Shown one piece after another: positions 12,459-25,987 of a stretch of DNA of 64,000 bases. Origin of the DNA: the human T2T-CHM13v2.0 reference genome, Homo sapiens; assembly GCF_009914755.1 (NCBI RefSeq), contig NC_060928.1. The stretch is one strand, 5' to 3'. The position numbers and the translations under genes were made by a program. Under the pieces are notes generated by a model that searched no databases, was not told the DNA's origin, and was given only the letters and a program-made list of their open reading frames with translations. Position 1 is the first letter of the stretch; each line of letters starts with the position of its first letter.

Positions 12459-13105
12459 TGTACATGGGCAGAATTTATGAATGACCTCCAATGACCTTTA
12501 TCTTTGTATAACCCCTTCCACTTTGAGTATGAGAAAACCCATAGATATCTTCAGACTTCATTCCTATGACTATGTTATGTTATATAACACAATTGATCTT
12601 AAGATTGGGACACTACCTTGGTGGGCCTAATTCAGTCACCTGAGTTCTTTAAAAACAGAACACTTACTCCAGGTAGTGGCAGAGGAGGAAGACAGAGAAG
12701 AAAGCAGGAGAGAAAGTCAGATGAATTTGAAGCATTAGGGGAGGTTAATGTGCCACTGTTTCTTTGAAGGTGGAAGGACCATATGAGAAGAAATGCAGGC
12801 AAACTTCAGGGGTCAAGAGAGATGCCCAGCTGACAACCACCAAGAAACAGGGACCTCATTCTTGCAGTCTCAAGGCACAGAACATGGTATCAAAGCTGAA
12901 TTAGGTTGGAAGTGGATTCTTTTCTAGAACATGTAGATAAGACCCCAGCCGTGCTATCACCTTGATTTTGGCCTTGTGAGACCCTAAGTAGGAATAAGCT
13001 GAGACTTGCCAGAATTCTGAAGTGGAGAACTGTGAGCCAATTTGTGTTTCTTTAAGCGTCTATGTTTCTGGTAATTTGACAACACAGAAATTGAAACTTA
13101 ATACA
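12459..13105 (+). mobile_element. MLT1E/F-like MaLR solo LTR
   Basis: ggcagaatt 5' motif, caccttgattttggccttgtgagaccc, and 3' end ggtaatttg...taataca. Confidence 0.75.
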
Positions 13106-13438
13106 AATAGTAAAGTGTGTAGTACATTTTTATGCTTTTAAAATATAATGGTGAGGGATGTATATGAACTATTTTAGTTAATGCACATATCTTGAACAAC
13201 ACTGATTTTACCCAGTGTTAAGTTCATAGTGCTAATTAGCAAAGCCTCTACTGTTGATACTAAAACAAGAACAACAATTATAAATAAGTAATTTAATAGT
13301 TTCTAGTGGTCTCATTGGAGAGGAATCTCATAAATTAAAAAAAAATAGCGGAATCCCATTCGTCTTGCGGTGTGGGTGGGTGGTAGAGAAAGTTGGAGGT
13401 GTGTTAAATTCTCTTAAATGGGTAAAGATGACAGGGAG

Positions 13439-13822
13439 TGTGGTAGTTCTGTTCTGTTCACCAAATGTTTCCACTTTTATTCTATATCATGGCAACAATG
13501 CACTTTCTAGGCTTCATGTGGTTGAATGGAACCTTGTGACTTGGTTTGTCCAATGAACTTGAAGTAGAAATTACATTTTTCACTTCCAGGCTAGACAATT
13601 GTAAATGCAATATCCTTCCTTGCTCTCTTTTTTCCTCACCCGGTAATATTTGAAATATTCACTCAGGTTCTTCTCCCTGGAAACCTAAGTAACTACAATA
13701 ATAAGCACGGTTGTAGGTGATAATACATTTTACAAGGAAGAAATAGATGCTTGTAAATTTAAACTATGAAGATTTGAGAATTACCTGCTACCGCAAAATT
13801 AAGTAGACTATTCTGAATGATG
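13439..13822 (+). mobile_element. Old MLT1 (I/J-like) LTR remnant
   Basis: tgtggtag start; tgtgacttggtttgtccaatgaa...tcacttccaggc motif. Confidence 0.55.
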
Positions 13823-14145
13823 TAGAATGTACACACAAGTGAAGATTTAGAGGGAACTAGCAAAGATTATGCTTCATGAATCCAGGTCTGGGACATCATT
13901 TCTATCTCAGAAGAGTATGGGACAGTTGTGTTCAGAAATGCAGGCAAAGTTGAAGGCCATGAGAGAGTTTAGCCCCAACAGTGTGAAAGCATAGGGAAAT
14001 GCCTACTGCTCTGGGACCAAAATGGGCCTTAGCATAAATACTCTCTTCAGGGAATGCTATAGCAGAGTAAAAGCAGCAAAAGCGAGAGTGGCTTAAAGAC
14101 CAAGGAAAGGGGCATACTACTTTTAGATTGTTAAGAATTAATCCT

Positions 14146-14809
<664 letters not shown>

Positions 14810-15953
14810 TTAGGCCCAACCTTTAAATTTAATGGTGATTCTTTGTTTAAACTCAGATTTAGACACCACAAAATTATTTGAGTCAAGATTAATTTATTAC
14901 ATTGTATGCATCACTTAAAAATACTATAAAGATGTTTTAAATTAAACAAATGAAGATATTGAACATGTTTTGAGCGTGTTTTTTCTTTCTTTTTATTGCT
15001 AAACATCTCTCATTACAGACCTTTCTTGGCATTTATTTCTTGACTGTAGACTTCATTCCTTTACTGAAGAATTATAATTTATGTCACACATATAAACTCT
15101 ACCTCTAAAACTTTTATTGTAAGCAAAGCTACTGATAAATTATAGAGATTCATGGGAACACGAAAAGTCTATGTAATTTCTATTCCTAAAGATTGTGCTA
15201 ACATAAATGAAAACAAAGGATTATTTAAAATTCATGTTTCAATTAAAAATGAAAATAAAATTAATTGTTTTACTACTATATTTTATAAACTTACTTTGAT
15301 TTGCTGCTTCAGAAATATTTCAGTGAAATATGTTGTTTTTTTCTTTCAAAGTATTGTTTCCCCTTTACATATATCTAACAATGAGGTTATTTTTAAACTC
15401 AAAAGACATACAATCCCCTGACAGAATACTAGATTTAGAGAACAGTGATAGTGTATCAATCCATGTGTTTGAAATAAACTCCATATAAGCAGTAAAAATG
15501 GTCTGCATGAAATTGCTAATGAAATCTACAATTCTAAATATATGCTTTTGTCCTTAACTTTCAATGATTTAGTAAGCTATTTATGAAATAAAATTGTTAC
15601 ATGAATTGTTTAGTTTCCTAGAATGAATTATATCAGGATGACAACTAAATTTATGTCCTTTTATTTGATATACTATCATTTTATTTATATTGGAAAGATA
15701 TAGATAAAATACTGTGTGAAAGAGTTTAATGATTCTGAAAATTTCCCATCTTCTACTCATCAGCTTTTCAATATTCTTTTTCCCCTTGTAAGTTTTCTGA
15801 CTATCAGTTTTCTATCATAAGTAAATGAATAACAATTTTATAAATCATCAAGGTCATTTTAGCTGATGAAGCAAAAATAGATCACTTGCATTGCTACTTT
15901 AAAGTCAAGTGTTTCATTGAGATAAAATACGAATCATTTCCCATTTTATAGTC

Positions 15954-16135
15954 TATCTTGTGTTAAATATTTGAAATATATTTGAAGAGTATATTTGATA
16001 GACATAAGAAAGTTGTTCATTATGTTATAAATTTTTAAAACATATCTTGTGCTAAATTTTTGAAATATATTTGAAAAATATAATTTTATAAACATCAGGA
16101 AATCATTAATTATATCAACAAGTGTTAAAAATATA
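15954..16135. repeat. Diverged tandem duplication, ~89 bp period, 2 copies
   Basis: tatcttgtgttaaatatttgaaatatatttgaa at 15954 recurs as tatcttgtgctaaatttttgaaatatatttgaa at 16043. Confidence 0.75.
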
Positions 16136-16341
16136 AGGAAGCAATATAATAACTTCAGGTTGGTATCCGACCTTTTCAAGGGTACTGCATGATTTGATTC
16201 AATATACTTACAGTCCAACTTTTACGGAGAAAAATATTACAATTATTTGCACATGAAGGCGATCCAATGATTATGCTATTTCTAGGTTACCTAAGGCAAA
16301 TAGGTGCCATTTGGGGACCATGAAGGAAGTTGTATCTTAAT

Positions 16342-16518
16342 CAGTGTTAGCAACACCTTAGAGTGCATAGGAATTACTTAGTTAAAATTGTGGAATCCTG
16401 ACCAAACCTATAGTAATTCTGATTTGGTAGACCTGAGCTATAGTCATGAAAGTTCTGATAAATATATCATATGTGATTTTGATGGTAAAATCCCATAAAT
16501 CCAGTTTCAAAAAGCTCT
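16342..16518. mobile_element. MER5-like hAT-Charlie DNA transposon relic
   Basis: cagtg..., attctgatttggtagacctgag and gtgattttgatg motifs. Confidence 0.5.
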
Positions 16519-16609
16519 TTTATAATGGAATTTTAGCCAAAGTCACCTAATGCTGTTATGTTTTCACAGTGTGGTACACCCATGAGACCGTGCTACCAAG
16601 TTGGAAATA

Positions 16610-19395
16610 TTTTCTTTTTGTATATTTTTTTCTTAATAAAATTATATTTATTTTAAATTCAAAGGATACATATGTTTGTTTGTTGTATGGGTATATTTTG
16701 TGTTGATGGGGATTGGACTTTGGTGTATCCATCACTCAAATATTGAATATTATCCCCAGTAGTTAATTTTTCAAACTTCGCTCCTGCCTACCCTTTCCTT
16801 TTTTGGAGTCCCTAGTGTCTATTATTGTCGTATTTATGTCCACATGTATCCATTCTTTAGTTCCCAGTTATAATTGATAACACGTGGTATTTGACTTTCT
16901 GTTTGAGTTGTTTCACTAGGATAATTGCCTCCAGCTCCATCTATGTTGCTGCAAAGGACACCATTTTATTTTTTATGGCTACTTCACATTCTACGGTGTT
17001 TACACCACATTTTCTTACCCAGTCAACAGTCTGTGTACACTTAGGTTGATTCTTTGACTTTGCTATTGTGAATACTGCTGTGATAAACATACAAGTGCAG
17101 TTGTCTTTTTTATATAAAAATTTATTTTCTTTTGGGTAGATACTTAGTAGTGTGATTGCTGGGTTGAATGGTAGTTCTACTTGTAGTTCTTTGAGAAATC
17201 ACTGTACTAGTCTCCATAGAAGTTATACTAGTTCTCATTCCCACTAATTGTGTATAAGCATTCCCTTCTCTCAGCACTCATCCATGTCTGTTTTTTGACT
17301 TTTTAACATTCTGAGTAGTGTAAGATGAGATCTCAGTTTGGTTTTAATTTGCATTTCTCTAATGATTAGTGACGTGGAACATTTTTTAATGTTTTTGTTC
17401 GATGCTTGCATGTCTTTCTTTGAGAAATGTTTGTTCGTTTTCTCTGCCCAGTTTTTAAATTAGGCTGTTTTCTTCATATTGAGCAGTTTGAGTTTCTTGT
17501 AGATTCCGGGTATTAGTTCTTTGTCAGAGGCATCATCTGTAAATGTTTTCTCCAACTCTGTAGGTTGTCTGTATATTCTGTTGATTCTATCTTTTTCTGT
17601 ACAGAAGTTTTATGGTTTAATTCCCATTTGTCTATTTTTTGTTTTGTTGCATTTGCTTTTAGGGTTTTCTTCATGAATTATTTACCTAGGCTGATACCCA
17701 GAATTTTTCCTAGGTTTTCTTCTAGAATTTTTATAGTTTCAGGTCTTAAATTTAGGTCTTTAATTCATCTGGAGTTGAATTTTGTATATGGTGAGAGTCA
17801 GGGATCCAGTTTTGTTCTTCTGCATATGGTTAGCCAGTTTTCTCAGCACTATTTATTAAATATGGTGTCCTTTCCCCATTGTTTATTTTTGTTGACTTTA
17901 TTGAAGATCAGTTAGTTGTAGGGATGAGGCTTTATTTCTGGGTGCTCTATTCTGTTCCATTGATTTGTGTGTCTACTTTTGTATCAGTACCATGCTGTTT
18001 TAGTTATTATAGCCTTATAGTATAAATTGAAGTCAGGCAATGTAATGTCTCTTAGAATTTATTTGGCTATTTGGGCTCTTTTTTGGTTCCACATGAATTT
18101 TAATATTGTTCTTTCTAATTCCGTGAAAAATGAAATGAATCTGATAGAAATTTCATTGAATATATAAGTGTCTTTGGGCAATATAATCATTTTAATGATA
18201 TTGGTTCTTCCAATCTATGAGCATAAGATGTTTTTCTATTTGCTGGTGTCTTTTTCAATTTCTTTCATCGGTGTTTTGTGGTTCTTCTTGTAGAGATCTT
18301 TCACTGCTTTGATTAAGTATATTCTTAGGTTTTCTTAGTGTGTGTGTGGCTACTGTAATGGAATTGAGTTATTAATTTGATTCTCAGCTTGATCATTATT
18401 GGTGTATAGAAATGGTACTAATTTTTTTTACATTGATTGGATCTGGGAACTTTACTGAAGTCACTTATCAAGTCTAGGAGTATTCTGTAGGAGTCTTTAA
18501 GGTTTTGTAGGTGTAGGATGATGTCAACAGTGAAAAAAAATTTGACTATCGCTTCTTTAATTTGGATGCCTTTTATTTTTTTTTCTCTTGCCTGATTACA
18601 CTGGCTAGAAATTCCACTACTATGTTTAATAGGAATGATAAGAGTAGACATCTTTGCCTTGTTTCAGTTCTTAGGAAAAATGCTTTCAATGTTTCCCCAC
18701 TCAGTATGATGATGATTATTGGTTTGTCATATATGGCTCTTATTATTTTGAGGTAAGTTCCTTTGATTTCTAATTTGTTGAGGACTTTTATCATAAAAGG
18801 ATGTTGGATTTTTATACAATTATTTTTGTATCTATAGCGATGACCATATGGTTTTTGTTTTAAATTCTGTTTATATGGTGAATCACATTTATTGATTTGC
18901 ATATGTTGAACCATCTTTGCATATCTGAAATAGAGCCCATTTGATTGTAATGAATTATCTTCTTGGTGTCCTGTTGGGTTTGGTTTCCTAGTACTTAGTT
19001 GAGAATTTTTTGCATCTATATCCATCAGGGATATTGGTCCATAGGTTTTTTTGTTTGTTTATTTTGGAGTTATTGTGTATTTGACTGATTTTGGTATCAG
19101 GGTGATACTGTATTTGTAAAATGAGTTATAGATAATTTTTTTTGTCAGTTATTTTGATACGATTTTTCAATAAGATTGGTTATCTGCCATTCTTTGTATG
19201 TCTGGCAAAATTCAGCTGTGAAACTGTCTAATCCTGGGCTTCTTTCGTTGGAATTTTTTTTATTACTAATTGAATTTCATCACTTGTTATTGGTCTGTTC
19301 AGGGTTTCTATTTCTTCCTGGTTCAATCTTGGGAGTTTGTATGTTTCCAGGAATTTATCCATTTTCTCTAGATTTTCTAATTTGTGCATATATCT
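16610..19395 (-). mobile_element. 5'-truncated L1 (L1PB-like): 3'UTR + 3' half of ORF2
   Basis: T-rich tail at ~16610-16660; RT fragment [30 protein letters not shown]...RQRCLLL (ORF 18573..19025). Confidence 0.92.
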
Positions 19396-20089
19396 TCATT
19401 GTATTTGTTTGTGTAATGGAAACCCAACTATTCTTGTCAAATTGTTCAAAATCTTCATTACACTGTATAGACACTATTTAATCAAGGATATGTAATTTAT
19501 AGGCTTAAACACCTCACTGACTAACTTTATACTTTCAAATGGGAAGAGTTATTCACTGCAAATGGCAATTATTATAAACTTTCAATTCTCAGAAGTGTTT
19601 TGAAAATTAATGTTAACAAAACAGTGTCAATGAATGACAAAACCAAGATGTTACAATATTGTATAAATATAAATAGAGAAAATTGCATAAGAAATAAAAT
19701 TCAACAATATTTTTTTCTGATAGAATTAATTGCAAAAGGAATTACAAACTCAATTACTATCTAGAGATCTTAGTTCATTTGATAACATATACATAAACAA
19801 AGGTATGGAATACTTTAGATTGGCTGGTTTCCGGAGGACTGAAGAGAAAAGCACTTGATCACAAGAAAGAAAACAGATTTATCTAATTTTTTACTTATAG
19901 TTATAATTGAATTCACAAATAAAATTTAATTTACATTACTGTAGGCCCTAGGATTAATTAATCAAAGATGCTAACAGTGTCAGAAATTTTAGACTTCTCT
20001 TAAAATCTTCATAATGACCAAATGAGACAAACCAGGGGCAGAGAAAACACATAATTCTTATGTGTCAGGCTTGTGGGTTGTGCCTTCCG

Positions 20090-20885
20090 CATTAATTCAC
20101 ATGTTTAAATAATTTATATTTTATGTAATTACCAATATACTTGATATTAAGTCTTCCAATTTGCTTTTTATTTTCTGTGCCTCCCATCTGTTCTATGTGC
20201 AGTTTATTTTTATTTCTTGCCTTTCATGGTTTGATTATTTTTTAATAATTTCATTTGATCACTAGTATTAGCATTTTAGCTATATGTCTGTATTTTATTA
20301 GTTAATTGTTGTTCTAGGATTTCAAGGCACATCTTTTACTTATTGCCTTCTACTATCAAATAACATTATATTACATCAATAATAATGTAAAAATCTTAAA
20401 ATATGACCAGTATTTGCTCTCTCTGATTCTTTGTGCTATTGTTGCCATATATTTTTCTTCATATGGTATAAAAATAACATTATTATTATTTGTTTAACAG
20501 TTATAAAGAAAAATAATATAAAATATTGTATATTCACTTTCAAAAGTATCACTACTAGCCATCTTTATTCTTTCATGTAGATCCATACATAAATCAGGTA
20601 GGATTTTTCTGTTGAGTAATAAACATCCTTAACATTTCTTGTAGTGCAGGTCAGGTAGGGATTCATTTTCTCTGCTCTTACTGATCTAAAACATTTTTAT
20701 TTAGTGGAGAATAGAATTTTAAGGTGAGCATTTTTATTGTTTTGTCTTTTGTAGTCAGTATTGTTTAAAATATAAATTAATTAAAATATAAATGTATTGT
20801 CATCTGGTATGTACAGGTTTTAGTAATAAGTCAGCTGCCATTCTATTCTTTGTGCTTCTGTAAATGCAGGCTTTGCTTTTTAATT
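20090..20885 (-). mobile_element. Ancient L1M fragment
   Basis: Antisense L1M-type phrases (aacatttcttgtagtgcaggtc, atagaattttaaggt, ataagtcagctgccattct). Confidence 0.6.
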
Positions 20886-20919
20886 TGTAGTTTTAAATTC
20901 CACAGTTTCATTTACCATT

Positions 20920-21184
20920 AGTATAATACAATAACATATTTTCAGAAAGAGAGAGACAACATTCACATAACTTTCATTACACTGTTGTTATAATTGTTCT
21001 ATCTTATTATTAGTTACTGTTTTAATCTTTTATGGTGTCTAATTTATATACAAATTAAACTTTATCATAGGTATGTAGGTACAGGAAAAAAATATAGTAT
21101 ATATAGGGTTTAGTACAGTCTGTGCTTTCACGCACTCACCAGGGCTTTTGGAATGTATTTTCCCTGTAGAAGGGGGACTACTCT
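20920..21184 (+). mobile_element. MER44-like (TcMar-Tigger) DNA transposon, 3' part
   Basis: gagagagacaacattcacataacttt...aaattaaactttatcataggtatgta...agggggactact terminal motif. Confidence 0.75.
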
Positions 21185-21199
21185 AATGTGTTCTTTGTC

Positions 21200-23450
21200 T
21201 TTGTTTTTGTTGTTCTGTGTGTCATGTGGTTTCAGAGAAGAATAAATGGGGAACTGAGACTTCCGTATTCCCCTCATAATAGCAAGCCCAATTCCCCTCA
21301 GCAGTATCACTGGAGACCATGTTGGAGCTTGGATTTCTACCCTCACCCAGCAATAAGGAGGTACTCCTCCCCTTTCTTGCGAGAGGATGTCTCACAAGCT
21401 TAGTGGAACCCATAAATATTAACACCACCCCAAAGTAACAAAGGTATTAGTGGAGGCCACATGGAAGCAATAATGAGGTGTACCCCTTACTCTCAGCCAA
21501 GATATGTAAGTGGAGGTCTACTGGGGAGTCTGAACTCCCATCCTTTATCCAGCAGTAAGAAAGCAGTCCCTAGGGTGTAAACAATGGCCAGATGAAAAAC
21601 TTGGATTCTACTCCCACCTGACAACAGCAGGTGGGGTATTCTCTTTTCTCCTACTGGTAGGCATTATAGAAAGTCAGCTAAGAGAGAAGATCTAAAGGTT
21701 ACTCAAAGTCTTACAATATAATAATAAAAAATGTCTAGGATACAAGGGAAAACTCTCATCATACCAGGAAATAAAATAATCACAACTTGAACAAGAAAAG
21801 ATAATAAATGCCAACACCAAGAATAACACAGATAAAGAGATTTTCCAAAAAGGATCTTTAAGCAGTAACAATAAAAATCACTAAACACTTACAAACCTGT
21901 TTGAAACAACTAAAAAGAAAATCCTAGCAGAATAATAGAGATATAAAAAGAACCAAATGTAAAACTTAGATTTGAAAAATACAATACATGCAATAAAAGA
22001 TGCAAAAGAAGGGCTTTACAGTGGAATGGAGAGGACAAAGAAAACAGCCAGTGAGCTTGAGGATAATTAAATAAAAATGACCCACTTGGAATAACAGAGA
22101 ACATAGACTGAAAAATAATTGTTGGAGACTCAGGAATTTGTAGGACTATAACAAAATATCTAATATTTGTAAAATGGAAGTATCAAAATGAGAGGAGAAA
22201 AAAGGGAGGGCTGAAAAAGAATTTTAAAAAATAATTGCTGAAATTCCCACAAATTTGGTCCAAAAAGTACCTTAAAATAAAAATGTGTGAAACTGAGTGA
22301 ACCTTTGTATCAGATAATCCAAAGAAATTACAAGAAACATTATAATCAACTTTTGAAACTAAAAAGAAACAAACAAGCAAATTAAAAGCATCCAGAAAGA
22401 AGCAATATATTATTTATAAGGGAAAACCAATCTGAATAAAAGTGGATTTTTCATGAAAAATGATGACATCCTAAAAGAAAAAGTACTATCAAACCAGGAT
22501 TCTAAATCCAGTGAAAATATTCCTTGAAAATAAAAGAAAACATCATGACATTTTCAAATGAAAGGAAGCTGAGAGTATTTGTCACCAGAAAAGTTACCCT
22601 TAATGAAATAGCCAAAGGAAGTTCTTGAAACAAAATAGAAATTATTTAAAAAGAAACTCCGGAACATCAGGAAGTAAGCAAAAAAAAAAAAAAAAAAAAA
22701 AAATTGCAAACTTTAAAATATGGGTAAACAGAATAGACTTGACAGTTTCTTGAGTTTTAAAAATTATATTTGACAGTTGAAACAAATGTTAAAACATTGA
22801 TGTCATTCTCAATGTATGTAATGAAAATATTTAGGACAATTCTATAGCAAGAGTACAATAGGAAAACTTAAAGGCAGATGTTTTCTGCTTTTTTTTTTTG
22901 AGATGGAGTCTTGCTTTGTCATGTAGGCTGGAGTGTAATGGTACGATCTCGGCTCACTGCAACCTCTGCCTCCCGGGGTTAAAAAAATCCTCTCATCTCA
23001 GCCTCCCAAGTAGCTGGGACTACAGGCACCTGCGACCACACCTGGACTAATTTTTACATTTTTAGTAGAGACGGGTTTCACCCTGTTGGCCAGGCTTGTC
23101 TCAAACTCCTGACCTCAACTGATCCACCCCTTGGCCTCAAGTTTTCTACACTTCATACAAACTAGTAAAATGTTGACATCTGTAGATTGTGATAAATTTT
23201 ATATGTCTAATGTAATACCTAGAGTGATTAGTAAAATATTTATACAAAAGAGGTACATACACATGGTTAGTGCTGACCATGGGTTACATGGGCTTGGAGA
23301 GAGGAACATGATTGAGACTATCAAAGGGTTCCATGACAGATAGCTTTGTGATCACAGAGTATTTTTAAATTTCGTTTGTGTCAGTGCTTACACATACCTT
23401 CACATGTGTTAAAATGGCGTGGAACAATGCACACAATGCATTAAAACACT
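21200..23450 (+). mobile_element. Ancient L1M (L1MC/L1M4-like) 5'UTR-ORF1 and downstream fragments, interrupted by an Alu
   Basis: A-rich ORF1-like sequence 21730-22670 (ggactataacaaaatatctaatatttg, gagtatttgtcaccagaa); continues after the Alu with gtagattgtgataa...taatacctagag. Confidence 0.65.
22889..23138 (-). mobile_element. AluS, 5'-truncated
   Basis: Poly-T then gagatggagtcttgc...; stops at ttggcctc, lacking roughly the first 45 nt. Confidence 0.92.
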
Positions 23451-23744
23451 CCCTGTTTTTATATTGAGAAATTAATGGTGAGCAGAATTATAATTAGCAC
23501 ATATTTAGAAATAAATGCATGTAATCTTTTTCACAGTAAGGGAAAATGCCTCTAATAAGGTAAAGCAACTAAATTTGTGAAACTTACTCTAAAACAAAAA
23601 TGTGGGGTCCCATTTTCAAAAAAAGTTATTAAGAAAGTGCTATTAAAGTTACTAAAATATAAAGGTTTTTTGCATTCTTGTTCAAATCAATATTATATGT
23701 TTTACTTGCTATTTAATTGTTTAATATTATCTAATTTTTTAATA

Positions 23745-23797
23745 TTTATTTTTTATCTTTTTAAAGACAAGGTCTTGCTATGTTGCTAAGGCTGACC
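23745..23797 (-). mobile_element. FLAM/Alu left-monomer fragment
   Basis: ttttttaaagacaaggtcttgctatgttgctaaggctg. Confidence 0.6.
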
Positions 23798-23933
23798 TTG
23801 GTCATAAGTGGGTTCTCTCTCAGTTCACCTGAGATCTGGTTGTTTAAAAACAGGGCACCTCTCCCACCTCATTCTCTTGCTCTCTCTCTCACCATGTGAT
23901 GTGTCTGCTCACGTTTGCCTTCCACCATGATTA

Positions 23934-24326
<393 letters not shown>

Positions 24327-25590
24327 TCATAAATTACACAGCCTCAGGGATTTCTTTATAGCAATGCAAGAATGGCCTAATACAGCAAATTGGTATGGAG
24401 GAGTGGGTGTTGCTATAAAGATACCTGAAAATGTGGAAGCAACTTTGGAACTGGTTAACAGTCACAAGTTGGAAGAGCTTGAGGGTCTCAGAAGAAGACA
24501 AGAAGGTAAAGGAAAGTTTGAAACTTCTTAGAGACTAGTAAAATGGTTGTGACCAAAATACTGATAGAAATATGAACAGTGAAGTCCAGGCTGACAAGGT
24601 CTTATGGAAATAAAGAGGTGATTGGGAACTGGAGTAAAGGCCATCTGTGTTATGCCCTAACAAGAAACTTGGCTACTTTATGTTCATGTGCTAGGGATCT
24701 GTGTAAGTTTGAAGATGAGAGTGATGACTTAGGGTATCTGGTGGAAGAAATTTCTAAGCAGTAAGCATTCAAGGCCTGGCTGCTTCTAACAGCCTATAAT
24801 CAGATAGGGGAGAAAAGGAATGACTTAAACTTGGAACTTACATTCAAAAGGAAAGCAGAACATAAGAGTTTGGAAAATTTGCAGCCTAGCCATGTAGCAG
24901 AGAAAAAAAAAAATCCAAGTAGGATGTGGAGCAACCACTTACTTGCAGAATGAGAAATTAACATGACTAAAAAGGAGCCAAGTGCTAATATTCAAGATAA
25001 TGGGAAAAAAAACCCTCAAAGGCATGTCAGAGATCTTGAAGACAGACCCTCACATTACAGGCCCAGAGGCCTGGGAGCAAAGAATGGTTTCAGGGCCTAA
25101 GTCCAGGACACTGCAGGCCTGCACAGCTTTGAGATACTGCCCCCTGCATCAAGGTTGCTCCAGCTCCAGCTCAAAGGGTCCCAGGTACACCTTGGACCAC
25201 TGCTCCAGAGGGCACCAACTATAAGCCTTGGTGCCCTCTGGAGGAGGTGGTAAGTCTGCAGGTACACAGAATGCAAGAGTGAAGGAGGCTTGGTGGCCTC
25301 CACCTAGGTTTCTGAGAATGTATGGGAAAGCCTGGGTGCCCAGGCAGGAGCTTGCTGAAAGGACAGAGCACTCACAGAGATTTTCTACTAAGGCAATGCC
25401 AAGGAGGGTATCACCTTGCTCTAGATCCCAGAATGGTAGATCCATTAGCAGCTTGAATCCTGCTCCTGAAAAAGCTGCAGACACTCAATTCCAGCCTGTG
25501 AGAGAAACTTCAGGGGATGCATCCTGCAAAGCCACAGAAGCAGAGCTACCCAAGGCCTTGGAAGTCCACCCCTTGTCCCAGTATGCTCTG

Positions 25591-25987
25591 TATATTAGTC
25601 AATTCTTGTATTGCTATAAAGAAATATCTGAGGCTGTATAGTTTATGAGATTTTTCAATTGGGTCATAGTTCCGTGGACTGCACAGGAAGCCTAGTGGTA
25701 TCTGCTTCTGAGGAGGCCTCAGGAGGCTTACAAACATGACAGAAGGCAAAGCAGGAGCTAGCACATCACATGGAAAAAGCAGGAGCAAGGAGTGGGGGGA
25801 TGCCACACACTTTTAAAGAACACCTTGTGTGAACTCAGAGCAAGAACTCACTTATCCCCAAGGGGATAGCCCAAGCCACACATGAGAAAACTGCTCCAAC
25901 AATCCAAACTCCTCACACAAGACCCCAACTCCAACACTGAGGACTACATCGCAGCATGATTTGGAGGGGATACGCAATCTGTTATCA
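25591..25987 (-). mobile_element. MSTA solo LTR nested antisense in the MST internal region
   Basis: tatattagtc...gctataaagaaatatctgag...gttatca flanked by a perfect 5-bp TSD ctctg (25586-25590; 25988-25992). Confidence 0.92.

Noticed and set aside
23560-23745. Possible MER45-like DNA transposon fragment
   Set aside because: Only one short motif (aaaatgtggggtccc..ttcaaaa) is recognisable, which is too little to call.
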